A stretch of 64,000 nucleotides of DNA. Source: an uncultured delta proteobacterium (GTDB taxonomy: Bacteria > Desulfobacterota > Syntrophia > Syntrophales > UBA2185). Below the pieces are notes generated by a model. The model did no database searches and had not been told where the DNA came from. It worked only from the letters and a program-made list of their open reading frames with translations. This document shows, in pieces, positions 41,325 to 54,560 of this stretch. Both the position numbers and the translations under genes were made by a program. Within the stretch, counting starts at the first letter, position 1. Each line of letters begins with the position of its first letter. The stretch spans positions 96,001 through 160,000 of the forward strand of contig CAVOID010000003.1 of assembly GCA_963695875.1 (NCBI GenBank), read 5' to 3'.

Positions 41325-41726
41325 ATGAAATGGAAAAGCGCAAATCCGCAAACATGGCTTAAACTCATCAGTGCAATTATCCTGCTGGTTGGTTTGGGTA
41401 GTGCTGTCTTGATTTATCAAACAGCTGAGACTGATTTGAGCAGTGCATTAGGTTATGACATTGCAGGTCAATCTGTCTATCCAATTATGCCCGAAAATTC
41501 CAAGATGTATAAACATGATTTGGAACTCTATGGCGGAAAGGCGGCTGTGCTTGCGGATGAGTTCAGGCGTTGGTTTGTTGGGTTATGGCATGGAAAATCC
41601 CTCGCATTCACAGTAGCCTTCATTAGTATTTTTATATCCTTTGGCTTTTTCTTTGCTGCCAATTACATGCCACCCCGCTTAAAATCCGATGTCCGCAGTG
41701 AAAACAATCGGAACGGGACCGACTAA
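41325..41726 (+). CDS. Hypothetical two-TM membrane protein
   Basis: 133-aa ORF with two hydrophobic helices flanking SKMYKHDLELYGGK. Confidence 0.7.
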   Translation: MKWKSANPQTWLKLISAIILLVGLGSAVLIYQTAETDLSSALGYDIAGQSVYPIMPENSKMYKHDLELYGGKAAVLADEFRRWFVGLWHGKSLAFTVAFISIFISFGFFFAANYMPPRLKSDVRSENNRNGTD

Positions 41727-41897
41727 AAATATAATGGCTCGTCTCCTTTTCCATCAACAATATCCTAATAGAAAGTCTTCAGGGCCTTTACATCTGCCAG
41801 ACAAGGTACCACGATCCCATGGCGGAAAGGTGAACGGTGCTACACAATATAAATCTAAAACAAGTATGAGCAAGAAACATTGTTTGAGGTACTTTCT

Positions 41898-42822
41898 ATG
41901 ATCAAGATCACTGGATGATTTTTCAAGGATTGCACGGGAAAAGGGACCTAAGAAGGCTGGCTGTTCTTGCCCCTGAAGATGAGGACTTCATGCTTGCGGT
42001 GAAAACGAGCTGGCAGATGGGGTACATCGAACCTGTTCTCATCGGAAATACGGAAAAGATGGAACAGGTAGCTGAAAAAGTCGAATTCGACATAGGCAGA
42101 TTCGAAAAGATCGTCGGTGACGACAGGCAGGCCATTGCCGATCTCGGCATAAACATGCTCTTTACAGGAAGACTGGCAATCGTAAGCAAAGGGCAGATCC
42201 CCACCTCTTACATCTACCGCTCGATCATCAGGGAAGAAAGTAGAGCAGGTTCAGGCATGACCGTGAGCGTCGTCACGTTCTGGGAGGTTCCGGGACTCGA
42301 TCATCTGGTTGCCTTCACGGATACGGGCGTCAGCATCAAGCCGGATTTGCAAGACGAAGGCCGAGATTCTCAAGAACGCCCTTTTTGTCTATCGTCTTCT
42401 GGGATACCCGAAACCGCGGATCGCCGTCCTTTCCGGCCAGAGGGAGATCGGAGGTACGCTTGACTCTTACCGGGATTTCGAGCTGCTCAGGAAAGCCGCT
42501 CTCGCGGGGGACTTCGGGGATTGTGAGATTGTTGATGCGACTTCGTTTACGGAAATATTTCTTGGTGGCAGAGGCCGTCCGGTTAATGACGGCGGCATGA
42601 ATATGGAGAGGATGCCGCACATCCTTCTCGTTCCCTGCCTCGATACAGGCAACATCATCTGCAAGCTTGACTTCTTCCTCGATGTGACCCGCATGTTCCC
42701 TCGTTGCAACGTCCAGGGGGCCCGTGTGCATCCCGGCCCGATCCGACTCCAGTGATAATATCGTGGAGCAGCTCGCCATGTGCGTCGTGGTGGCGGACAG
42801 GATGAAAGGGGAGGTGAAGTGA
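41898..42822 (+). CDS. Phosphate butyryl/acyltransferase-like protein 1, divergent (several indels)
   Basis: Reconstructed across ORFs 41915 and 42309 plus a third frame: SKGQIPT, FTDTG, LLVPCLDTGNIICK, PARSDS. Confidence 0.75.
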
Positions 42823-42823
42823 G

Positions 42824-43739
42824 ATGCTGAAATCGTTCAGAGAGGTTCTTGAAGCTGCGAGAGAAGGGGGCGCAAAGAGACTGGTGACTTCTTTTGTGGA
42901 TCAAGCAGGACATTGACCTCCTCTGCAAGGCTGCGGGCGCCGGCCTCATCATTCCCTGTCTGGTCGGTGACGGTAAAACGATAGAAGGAATGATCAAGGA
43001 CACTCCGCTGGCATCGCTGGAACATGAGATCATGGATGAGAAAGAGCCGGACAAGGCGCTGAGTGCAGCGATAAATCTCGTCAGGGAAGGCCGTGCCGAT
43101 ATGCTCATGCAGGGCGCTGTTAATCACCAGACGCTGATGGACGCCGTCATGGATGCAAAGAACGGTCTTAGAAAGGGAAAGCTTGTGAGCTACATTTCAG
43201 TCTTTCAGTTGCCGAGGCCGGAGAAGCTGATCCTCGTGACCGATACATTCATCAACAACAGGCCGACTCTTGCCGAAAAACAACTCATCCTTGAACATGC
43301 CCTCCGGCTCGCGGGTATACTGGGAATCGAAGCGCCGAAGGTCGCGGCTCTTGCCGCCATCGAGCAGATAAACCTCAATATACCCTCGACACTGGATGCA
43401 GCGATACTCTCCAAGATGTCGGAAAGGAAACAGTTCGGAAAGGCTATAGTTGAGGGACCTCTCGACATAGACTGTGCCCTGAGCGAGGCCGCGGCGGGAA
43501 GAAAAGGGCTCCGGAGCGTTGTGACCGGAAATGTGGATATATACCTTGTCCCGGAAATCGATACGGGCCATCTCCTGGCTGAAGCCCTCGTCTTCTTCGG
43601 AAAGATGGAGACCGCAGGGGCGATCATGGGAACGACAAATCCGGTGATCCTGAATCTGCCTTTCGTCTCGGAAGAAGACAGGATGGTGGAGATTGCGATT
43701 GCAGCCTTGATGTGCAAAAAGGGGAGAAACGATGCATAA
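42824..43739 (+). CDS. Phosphate butyryl/acyltransferase-like protein 2, divergent (indel near 42900)
   Basis: PKVAALAAIEQIN, STLDAA, EGPLDIDCA, YLVPEIDTG. Confidence 0.8.
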
Positions 43740-44806
43740 AGAACATCGCCTGCTCGTTATCAACGTCGGCTCTACTTCAACAAAAGTCGCATGGTTCAAG
43801 GGAAACGCCCCCATAGATCCTCGAAACAATCCGGTACAGCAGTGAAGACTTGACCCGTTATTCTTCTCTTGAAGAACAGCTTTCTCTTCGTGAAAAGGAC
43901 CTCCTTGAATTCCTGAAGAAGAACGGAATCGGCCTGGAAGAAGTGGACATGATTGTCAGCCGCGGAGGTCTTGGCAGGCCGGCGCCGGCGGGTGCTTACG
44001 AAATTGATGAAGCCATGTGCAGTGATCTTCTGGAGGGAAAATTCGGGAAACACCCTTCAGCCCTGGGGCCGGCCATGGCCCTGAATTTCTCCAGAAAATA
44101 CGGGATACCGGCCATCGTGATCGATCCGCCGAGCACGGACGAATTTCAGCCTCTGGCCAGGTTTTCCGGTCTTCCGGAAATTGAGAGGAAAAGCGCCCTT
44201 CACGCGCTGAATCAGAAGGCGGCAGCCCGTCGTCTTGCCGGAGAATTGCGGAAAAAATACGAGGAAATGAATCTCATCGTGGCCCATCTGGGCGGGGGTA
44301 TCACTGTCGGCGCCCATCAGAAGGGCAGGGTAATCGATTGCACCCATGGGCTTGCGGAGGGTCCTTTCACACCGGAGAGGGCCGGTAGTCTTCCCACAGC
44401 AGACCTGCTTGACATGGCCTTTTCAGGCAAGTTTGATAAAAGACAACTTCTGCGCCGCCTTGTTGGTCAGGGCGGCCTTTTCGCCTATCTTGGTACAAAC
44501 GATGTTGAGAAGGTACAGGAGATGATCAGGGCGGGAGACGAAAAGGCAAAGCTGGTGTATGAGGCCATGGCCTATCAGGTGGCCAAGGAGATCGGTGCGA
44601 TGAGCGTTGTCCTGAAGGGTGAAATCGATGGGATCATCCTGACAGGGGGTCTGGCAAACTCCGAGATTATGACAGGCTTGATCAGGGAGCGTGTCCGGTT
44701 CATTGCACCTGTATTCGTCTATCCCGGTGAGGATGAGATTTCAGCGCTCGCCGAAGGCGGCCTCAGGGTGTTGCGCAAGGAAGAAATTCTAAAAAGATAT
44801 TCGTAA
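43732..44806 (+). CDS. buk: Butyrate kinase (indel near 43820)
   Basis: INVGSTSTK, SRGG, HALNQKA, AHLGGGIT, GPFTPERAG, LTGG, YPGEDE. Confidence 0.92.
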
Positions 44807-44823
44807 GGAGTACCGAATTCCGG

Positions 44824-47237
<2,414 letters not shown>

Positions 47238-47309
47238 TTATATATTCCTCTGGCCCCTCTCTAGAAAATTCACTACCTCACCTATGGCTTCGCGATGACA
47301 AGGTGTCGT

Positions 47310-48439
47310 TTATTGTACTTTTAACGGCATTATAATGCACATATAATCATCATTATTGACAGATCTTATGACCCCCGGCTTCATACCCGCGCCTATTTCA
47401 AATGCAACCTCCCCTTCATCAATAACCTCTATGGCATCAATCAAATACTTGACATTATAACCAACTGAAATGTCCTTGTCATGATAAGCAACTTCAATCT
47501 CTTCTTTTGCTTCTCCCACGTCCGGGTTTGTCGACTCCAGCACCATTTTACCATCCGCTAACGCGATGATCACTCCGCTGTATCTTTCGCTCGATACAAC
47601 ACTCATTCTTCGAAGTGCATGTAGTAGTGCATCCTTTTCAAATTTTACCACAACACCCTTTTCCGTTGGCATGACCCGTTTGTAGTCCGGATATTCCGCA
47701 TCCACCAGGCTGACCCGGAGCATGGTACTATCCGTTTTGACGATGCACATCCCCTGACGTACCCCAACAAAAATTTCCTCCGGCGCATCTTCAATAAGCC
47801 TTCTGATTTCACTCAATCCTTTTCTGGGAATGATAATCCCCTTTTCAAGCTTCAGAAAATCTGCCTCCCCATATCCGCATTGGCCATGGCCAGGCGATGT
47901 CCATCTGTTGCAACCATTCTTATTCTATTTTTACCGGCGTCATTGACAGTTTCAAAAAAGACGCCACTCAAATTTTTCCTCATCTCATCGCCGGACATGG
48001 CAAAAGACGTTTTCTTAATTAATCCCTCAATTAATTGTCCCTTTATATTATGAAAACTTACTTCACTACGGTCATCAAGAACACTTGGAAAATCATCCGC
48101 AGGCAAACCGGAAATCTTATAAATTATTTTCTGAGACGTTACGGTCACTCTGTGATTTTCACTTGACTCAAACTGAACGATATCCCCCTGAATCTCTCTG
48201 ATCATTTCATACAGTTTTCTTGCGGAGACGGTAATATCACCTTCAGTTAATATTTCCGCATCGTAATCGGCAACCAATCCGATCTCCCTGTCTGTCGCCA
48301 CAATTTTGATCTTATTATTACCGGTCCTGATGAGAATGTTGTTAAGGATCGGCATGGTAGTTTTTTTCTCGACGATACTAAGCGTCTTTTGGATGCCTTC
48401 CAGAAAGGTACTTCTTTGCACTGTAAATTTCATTGTCAC
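47310..48439 (-). CDS. dnaN: DNA polymerase III beta clamp (frameshift near 47860)
   Basis: TMPILNN, VATDGHRLA, IIPRKG, YPDYKRV, IIMPL. Confidence 0.95.
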
Positions 48440-48585
48440 GTCCTTTCTAAGATATTTTTATTTATATATATAAATTAATAGTAATAGTAATAGGGCCTGT
48501 TACGATTGTTGATCAATATATTTACCTAACTCTTCCTGCATACATATCTAAGATAAGACTGTTAATGAAAAGGGCTAACAAACTG
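48440..48585. other. oriC: Chromosomal replication origin oriC (unwinding region)
   Basis: dnaA-dnaN intergenic; minus strand TGATCAACA ATCGTAACA GGCCC TATTACTATTACTATTA then an AT-only run, i.e. DnaA-box-like pair, GC spacer, DnaA-trios, AT cluster. Confidence 0.85.
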
Positions 48586-49942
48586 TTAAGCTTTGTTTTG
48601 TAAAATCTCCTCAATGTCCTGAACAATCTTTTTCAAATTCATGTCTTCTTCCAGGGCCTTTTTTATTTTGTTATTGGCATAAATAACAGTTGAGTGATCC
48701 CGTTGACCGATTTTGTCTCCGATGTCAGGGAATGATGCAGCTCGTCATTTTTCTTGACAGATACATAGCAATTTGTCTTGCTAATACAAGATTTTTATTT
48801 TTCTTCTGTGATTTGATATCCGATAATTTAATGTTGAGTTTAGAAGCTACGGTTTTTAGAATTTCATCAATCGTCACTTCTTCTTTCTCGATCCGCTTGA
48901 GAATCTTTTTTAAAACCTCTTTGGTAAGGTTCATATCGATTTCTTTACCTGTCAGTGAAGAAAAGGCAGAAATCCTTATTAGATAGCCTTCAAGTTCTCT
49001 GATGTTGGATTCCACCTGGGATGCCACATAGTAGGCCACATTTTGTGGGAGAACCATTTTGTTTTCCTGGGCCTTCTTTTCCAATATTGCGATCTTTGTT
49101 TCTATTTCCGGCGGATGGATGTCGGCAATGAGGCCCCACTCGAACCGGGAACGTAATCTATTTTCCATGTTTGGTATGTCTTTGGGAAATTTGTCGCTCG
49201 TGACGACGATTTGTTTACCTGAATCATGCAGGGTGTTAAAGGTGTGAAAAAATTCCTCCTGAGTCTTTTCCTTTCCGGCAACGAACTGAATGTCATCCAT
49301 CAGGAGACAGTCGATGTTTCTATATTTTTCCCGGAACTTCGGCATTCTGTCATACCTTATCGAATTGATCAATTCGTTCATGAACTCTTCTGCTGAGACG
49401 TACACAACGTTCATATCCGGATGGACTGAAAGCGCATGAAGCCCGATGGCATTAAGAAGGTGTGTTTTTCCGAGACCGACTCCGCCATAAATAAAGAGAG
49501 GATTATAATTCTTAGCCGGTTGTTCTGCTACAGATACGGATGCTGCATGAGCAAATTGGTTGCATGGTCCGACTACAAATCTTCCAAAACTGTAATGCGG
49601 ATTCAACGACTGATTGATCCCTGATCGAACCGGCTTTTTGGGAGCGCGTGTTTTTTCCTGGTGGTCTCCTTGACGACGACCTGAGCTTTGGCTTTTTTTA
49701 GCTTCCTGGGCAATCTGAATATCAACTTTAAGATCGATACCTGCTATTGATGCAAGGGCCTCCCTGATGACAGGGTGGTAATTTTCGATAAGCCAGTCTT
49801 TAAAAAACTTATTGGGAACATTCAAAGTAATGTTGCTCCCCTCCATAGAGGATATTTTGATCGGTCTAATCCATGTCTCAAAGTTCTGTGGACTAACCTT
49901 TTCCTTAATGAATTGAAGACTTTTTTCCCAGAGTATATCCAA
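48586..49942 (-). CDS. dnaA: Chromosomal replication initiator DnaA (frameshift near 48740)
   Basis: NPLFIYGGVGLGKTHL, LLMDDIQF, RLRSRFEWG, NIRELEG, RQIAMYL; RDHSTVIYA restored in the shifted frame. Confidence 0.97.
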
Positions 49943-49965
49943 AACAGTGTGCCTTATAAACAGGG

Positions 49966-49985
49966 TTATCAACACCTGTTGATAC
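49966..49985. promoter_or_regulatory. Inverted pair of DnaA-box-like 9-mers in the dnaA promoter region
   Basis: TTATCAACA (49966-49974) and TGTTGATAC (49977-49985). Confidence 0.65.
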
Positions 49986-50003
49986 TTTATATTACAAAGA
50001 AAT

Positions 50004-50861
50004 TTATTTGTCTATGCTGTTCATCAGCAATGTCACCAATCGATTTAGTTCCTCTGCTGACTTAAACTTGATTTCTATAGATCCTTTGTTTTTATGCCGG
50101 CGAATATGGATCTCCGACATTAACTTGGATGAGAGATTGTTTTCCAGATCGCGAAGAAAGGGGTCCTTTTTTTTGGCTTTCGTCTCCGTTGGCGCTTTTT
50201 TCAGTTTTTGAATCAGACTTTCCGTTTCTCTTACGCTGAGAGTCTTTTTCCGGATGACGTGAAAAATTCTATTTTGTTCTGCCGGTGTATCAATCATAAG
50301 CAGGGCTCGCGCGTGACCGGGGGTTATGGTTCTATTGATCAAGGCCGACTTGATTTCCGCAGGCAGTCTTAAGAGCCTTATGGTGTTGGCAATAGTGGAG
50401 CGGTCCTTTCCAACCCGGGCAGAGAGTTCATCCTGTGAGAGGCCGAATTTGTTAATAAGCGTCTGGTAAGCGTCGGCTTCTTCGAGGGCGTTCAATCCTT
50501 CTCTCTGAACATTTTCTATGAGCGATAATTCTGCTGCCTCCGAATCGGGAGCATCTCTGACGATTATGGGCACTTCTTTGAATCCGGCTTCCTGAGAGGC
50601 CCTCCACCGCCGTTCCCCTGCTATGATCTCATAGCCGGCGTCGGTTCTTCGCACAACAATGGGCTGAATAATACCGTTTTTCTTAATGGATGCTACAAGT
50701 CGTTTCTGCTCCCGGTCATTAAAGTCCTTGCGGGACTGAAACCGGTTGGGAGAAAGCTCTTCAATCCCGCACATGATGAATGAGGGCCTTGTGCTGACAT
50801 CATCAAGAAGGTCGGGGAACATGGCCCCGAGCCCCTTACCGAGGGAACTTTTTGGCGGCAT
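50004..50861 (-). CDS. parB: Chromosome partitioning protein ParB
   Basis: LGKGLGA, GIIQPIVV, IIAGERRWRA, ENVQRE, GKDRSTIANTIRLL. Confidence 0.95.
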   Translation of the reverse strand: MPPKSSLGKGLGAMFPDLLDDVSTRPSFIMCGIEELSPNRFQSRKDFNDREQKRLVASIKKNGIIQPIVVRRTDAGYEIIAGERRWRASQEAGFKEVPIIVRDAPDSEAAELSLIENVQREGLNALEEADAYQTLINKFGLSQDELSARVGKDRSTIANTIRLLRLPAEIKSALINRTITPGHARALLMIDTPAEQNRIFHVIRKKTLSVRETESLIQKLKKAPTETKAKKKDPFLRDLENNLSSKLMSEIHIRRHKNKGSIEIKFKSAEELNRLVTLLMNSIDK

Positions 50862-51632
50862 CTAAATCCTCCCGTTGGTCATGATTTCTCGTGCGAGCTC
50901 CATGTACGAAATAGCTCCACGTGATTTTAGATCGTAGAGAATGATAGGAAGACCATGGCTAGAACTTTCAGACAATCTGACATTCCTGGGGATAATTGTG
51001 TTAAACACTTTATTCCCTAAATGTTTTCTCACATCCTCACTGACCTGATGGGACAGCAAATTTCTCGTATCAAACATTGTAAGCAGGATACCACCTAGAG
51101 CCAAGGAAGGATTTAGTCTTGTCTTAACTAGCTTAACCGTATTGAGCAAATAACCGAGACCTTCCATAGCAAAATATTCGCACTGGAGGGGAATTATCAA
51201 ACTATCAGCTGCGACGAGGGCATTTACCGTTAAAAATCCCAGAGATGGAGGACAATCAAGGATTATGAAGTTATATGCCAAATCCAGATTCTTTAACAGA
51301 GTGCGGAGCTTTTTTTCCCGATCTTTAAGATTTACAAATTCTACCTCAATCCCTATCAGATCCTGATTGGCGGGGACAACATCAAGGTAGGGTAACATTG
51401 TGCCAACAATTACTTCTTTCAGGGGAATCTTGCCGATGAGGGAATGATAAAGATTTTTTTTAGTGATCAGATTCTTGTCTATCCCCATGCCGCTGCTGGC
51501 GTTTCCTTGGGAGTCGCAATCGATGAGCAGTGTCTTCGTTTCCACCGCCGCCAGAGACGCTGCAAGATTGATGGCTGTGGTTGTCTTGCCAACTCCTCCT
51601 TTTTGATTAGCTATGCATATGATTTTACGCAT
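50862..51632 (-). CDS. parA: Chromosome partitioning ATPase ParA/Soj
   Basis: NQKGGVGKTT, DCPPSLG, PLQCEYFAMEG, IPRNVRLSE. Confidence 0.96.
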   Translation of the reverse strand: MRKIICIANQKGGVGKTTTAINLAASLAAVETKTLLIDCDSQGNASSGMGIDKNLITKKNLYHSLIGKIPLKEVIVGTMLPYLDVVPANQDLIGIEVEFVNLKDREKKLRTLLKNLDLAYNFIILDCPPSLGFLTVNALVAADSLIIPLQCEYFAMEGLGYLLNTVKLVKTRLNPSLALGGILLTMFDTRNLLSHQVSEDVRKHLGNKVFNTIIPRNVRLSESSSHGLPIILYDLKSRGAISYMELAREIMTNGRI

Positions 51633-51749
51633 GATTTAATAGAACATACAAACGTCTTTTGCAGTCATAAATTTTGTGTGAAACATTAGCATAAAAAGGC
51701 ATGTTTGAGAAGGAATATTTGCCTTTTTTGTGAGGCAATCTTATCACAT

Positions 51750-52418
51750 TTATAAAGGACGTTTTTCGTAAATGATAATTCTTCGAAAATCACCCGTTAT
51801 AGGTAATGTTATTTCATGGCTCGAGATATATTCTAATCCCAAATTTTGAGACATCTCGGCAGCTTCTGTTAGTTCTTCAGCCGCTTTTTTGCCTTTCATC
51901 GCAATTAAGGTCCCGTTCCCGGACAGAAAGAAGGCACTCATCTGAAGGACTTGAGGTAGTTTAAAAGTGGCCCTTGTTGAGACTACATCAAAACACGCTC
52001 TATAGGAGTCATCCTTCATTAGGTTTTCGGCCCTATTGTGGATTACTGAGATATCTGTAAGGCTTAAACTGCGGATTATGTGCTTCAGAAAAGAGGTCTT
52101 CTTGCGTGATGACTCGAGGAGAGAAACCTTCATTGAATTCAGGACAATCTTCAAAGGGATGCCCGGAAATCCGGCCCCCGATCCTATATCCAGAAGCCGG
52201 CCTGTTTTATTCTTTATGAACGGCAGCGGAGTCAGGGAATCAATGAAATGCTTTATCGGTATGTCGAGGGCTGATTTTACAGAGACCAGATTGATCTTTT
52301 CATTCCAGCCAAGAAGCTCGTTGTAATATGTTGTAAATTGAGAAATCTCTCTTGCCCCCAGGGCTATTCCAAGGGCGTTTGCTCCAGTGGCAAGTATTTT
52401 GGATATATCCCGTTCCAT
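51750..52418 (-). CDS. rsmG: 16S rRNA m7G527 methyltransferase
   Basis: WNEKINL, HFIDSL, DIGSGAGFPGIPL, AMKG. Confidence 0.94.
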   Translation of the reverse strand: MERDISKILATGANALGIALGAREISQFTTYYNELLGWNEKINLVSVKSALDIPIKHFIDSLTPLPFIKNKTGRLLDIGSGAGFPGIPLKIVLNSMKVSLLESSRKKTSFLKHIIRSLSLTDISVIHNRAENLMKDDSYRACFDVVSTRATFKLPQVLQMSAFFLSGNGTLIAMKGKKAAEELTEAAEMSQNLGLEYISSHEITLPITGDFRRIIIYEKRPL

Positions 52419-52507
52419 CGCCCACTTGTCGCAGAGGTTGCCATACATGTCAATCTTTTCTTATTTTGTGGTAGAATTAATTTCCGTTATCTAATAAATA
52501 CGGTGAA

Positions 52508-53257
52508 GTGAGCAGACAAATGCACAATAGAGTAAAAACTGAAAACATCACCATTGTTCTGAACAAGCCAAAATATCCGGGCAATGTCGGATCTGTGGCG
52601 AGGTGTGTGAGGAATATGGGGATTGAAAAAATCTCTGTTGTGGGAAATAGAGACCTTGCTGTAGAGGATATGAAACAGATGGCAACACATTTTGCCGCGG
52701 GGATTGTGGCTCGAATTCAGCACTTCGAGCGGCTGGACGAAGCCTTGGCAAAATTCAACTATATTGTCGGTGCAACATCAAGGAGAGGATCAGGAAGAGG
52801 ACCCGTTGTGTCGCCACGGGAGATGGCGGAACGTATGATGGACATATCCCAGGACAATGAGGTAGCACTGCTCTTCGGGCCGGAAGATACGGGACTTTCC
52901 AATGATGACTTGCGGTTCTGCCATCTTCTAGTAACCATCCCCACGTCAAAACGCTCTAAATCCATTAATCTGTCTCATGCTGTTATGATACTATGCTATG
53001 AGATTTTCGCGGCCCATATGGAACCACTGGAGGCATTTACACCACGTCTTGCTGAATCGACGGAGCTTGAGGGAATGTATGAACAAATGAAGGCGCTGTT
53101 AACGAAGATTGGATTCCTTAATCCCCAAAACCCCGACTACTGGATGATGCACATACGCCGTTTCCTTGGGAGGACCAGTCTCTTGTCCAAAGATGTCAAG
53201 ATCATCCGGGGCATCTGCCGGCAGTTGGACTGGTACATGAGAAACAAAAAAACTTGA
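52508..53257 (+). CDS. trmJ: TrmJ/LasT-family SPOUT RNA methyltransferase
   Basis: PGNVGSVAR, LFGPEDTGLSN, SINLSHAV. Confidence 0.82.
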   Translation: MSRQMHNRVKTENITIVLNKPKYPGNVGSVARCVRNMGIEKISVVGNRDLAVEDMKQMATHFAAGIVARIQHFERLDEALAKFNYIVGATSRRGSGRGPVVSPREMAERMMDISQDNEVALLFGPEDTGLSNDDLRFCHLLVTIPTSKRSKSINLSHAVMILCYEIFAAHMEPLEAFTPRLAESTELEGMYEQMKALLTKIGFLNPQNPDYWMMHIRRFLGRTSLLSKDVKIIRGICRQLDWYMRNKKT

Positions 53258-53309
53258 CTTTCCATCGACAGAAAACTATTACTCATCGAAATTCCATGGG
53301 GGTATTATC

Positions 53310-54470
53310 ATGAAAAAGCACTTTTCCTTCACCGGGGCAAGAAAAATTGTCTTCGGCAACGGTTCCTTGGAGACGCTGTCAGACCATATTAGTGAACTGA
53401 AGGCTGCCCGTCCCCTGATTGTCCTTGATAGAAATCTGGCCAAGACAGGCATTAAGGAAAAGGTCTTAGATATTCTTGGTAAAGGCGGTCTTAAGGCGGC
53501 CCTATTCGACCAGAAGGTTGAAGCCGAACCAAAGCTGGAGGTAGCCGACGAAGGGGTTAAAGCCGCCCAGAGGGGGAAGTGTGATATTGTCGTGGGCATT
53601 GGTGGGGGAAGTGCCATGGATGTCGCAAAAGCCATTGCCGTTCTGGCAGCCAATAATGGAAGGGCGAAGGACTATTTAGGGCTTAATAAGGTTCCCGGCC
53701 CCGGACTCCCCAAGATCATGATTCCTACAACTGCGGGGACAGGGAGCGAGGTTACCTTTACGGCTGTTTTTATCCGGCAGAACCTGAAGAAAAAAGAAGG
53801 CATGAACAGTCCGTTCCTGTATCCCGAATTGGCTCTTCTCGATCCGACTCTTACCCTCTCTCTCCCCTCCGTTTCAACCGCATCCACGGGTATTGATGCC
53901 CTGTGTCATGCCATAGAATCCTACACATCAATTAATGCTTCGCCGATGAGCGAGGTGCTTTCCCTGGAGGCCATTGGCTTGATTGCTTCGAACCTGCGAA
54001 CATGCGTCCATGACGGCAGCAACCTGGAGGCGAGGGAGAAGATGCTTCTCGGAAGTCTGTATGCGGGTTTAGGACTTGCTAACGCCGGGGTTGGTGCGGT
54101 CCATTCCCTCTCCTATCCTTTGGGTGGGAAATACGGCGTTTCGCACGGTCTGGCCAATACTATCATGCTGCCCCATGTGATGGCTTTCAATCTGCCGGGT
54201 GCTTTGGAGAAATTCGTTGTCATCGCGGAAGTGATGGGAGAGGTTGTTGATGATATGCCTCTCCGCGAAGCGGCATATCTCGCAGTGGAAGCGGTACAGT
54301 CCCTGATTGAGGATTGCGGTATCTACACTACCCTCGAGGATTTGAACATACCCGAGGAAGCATTGCCTGAGCTTGCTGAGGTGGCTATGACTGTTACGAG
54401 GCCCTTGGAGAACAACCCCCGTAAAGTGACTATAGAGGATGCCATAGAGATATACGGTGAGGCGTACTGA
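53310..54470 (+). CDS. Iron-containing alcohol dehydrogenase family protein
   Basis: GGGSAMD, PTTAGTGSEVT, DALCHAIES, VHSLS, SHG. Confidence 0.92.
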   Translation: MKKHFSFTGARKIVFGNGSLETLSDHISELKAARPLIVLDRNLAKTGIKEKVLDILGKGGLKAALFDQKVEAEPKLEVADEGVKAAQRGKCDIVVGIGGGSAMDVAKAIAVLAANNGRAKDYLGLNKVPGPGLPKIMIPTTAGTGSEVTFTAVFIRQNLKKKEGMNSPFLYPELALLDPTLTLSLPSVSTASTGIDALCHAIESYTSINASPMSEVLSLEAIGLIASNLRTCVHDGSNLEAREKMLLGSLYAGLGLANAGVGAVHSLSYPLGGKYGVSHGLANTIMLPHVMAFNLPGALEKFVVIAEVMGEVVDDMPLREAAYLAVEAVQSLIEDCGIYTTLEDLNIPEEALPELAEVAMTVTRPLENNPRKVTIEDAIEIYGEAY

Positions 54471-54560
54471 AGCAAAAAAACAAGCACGAAATACAAAATT
54501 ATAATCCGTCATTCTTAGAGCGAGTCTGTTTAGAATTTAGGGATTAGAGTTAAGAATTTA

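Noticed and set aside
31236..44823. Intact mobile element or prophage between gyrA and gyrB
   Set aside because: No integrase, transposase, phage gene, tRNA target or flanking direct repeat was found
51670..51685. Possible parS site upstream of parA (aattttgtgtgaaaca)
   Set aside because: Only one half (GTGAAACA) matches TGTTTCACGTGAAACA; I saw no full parS in the window
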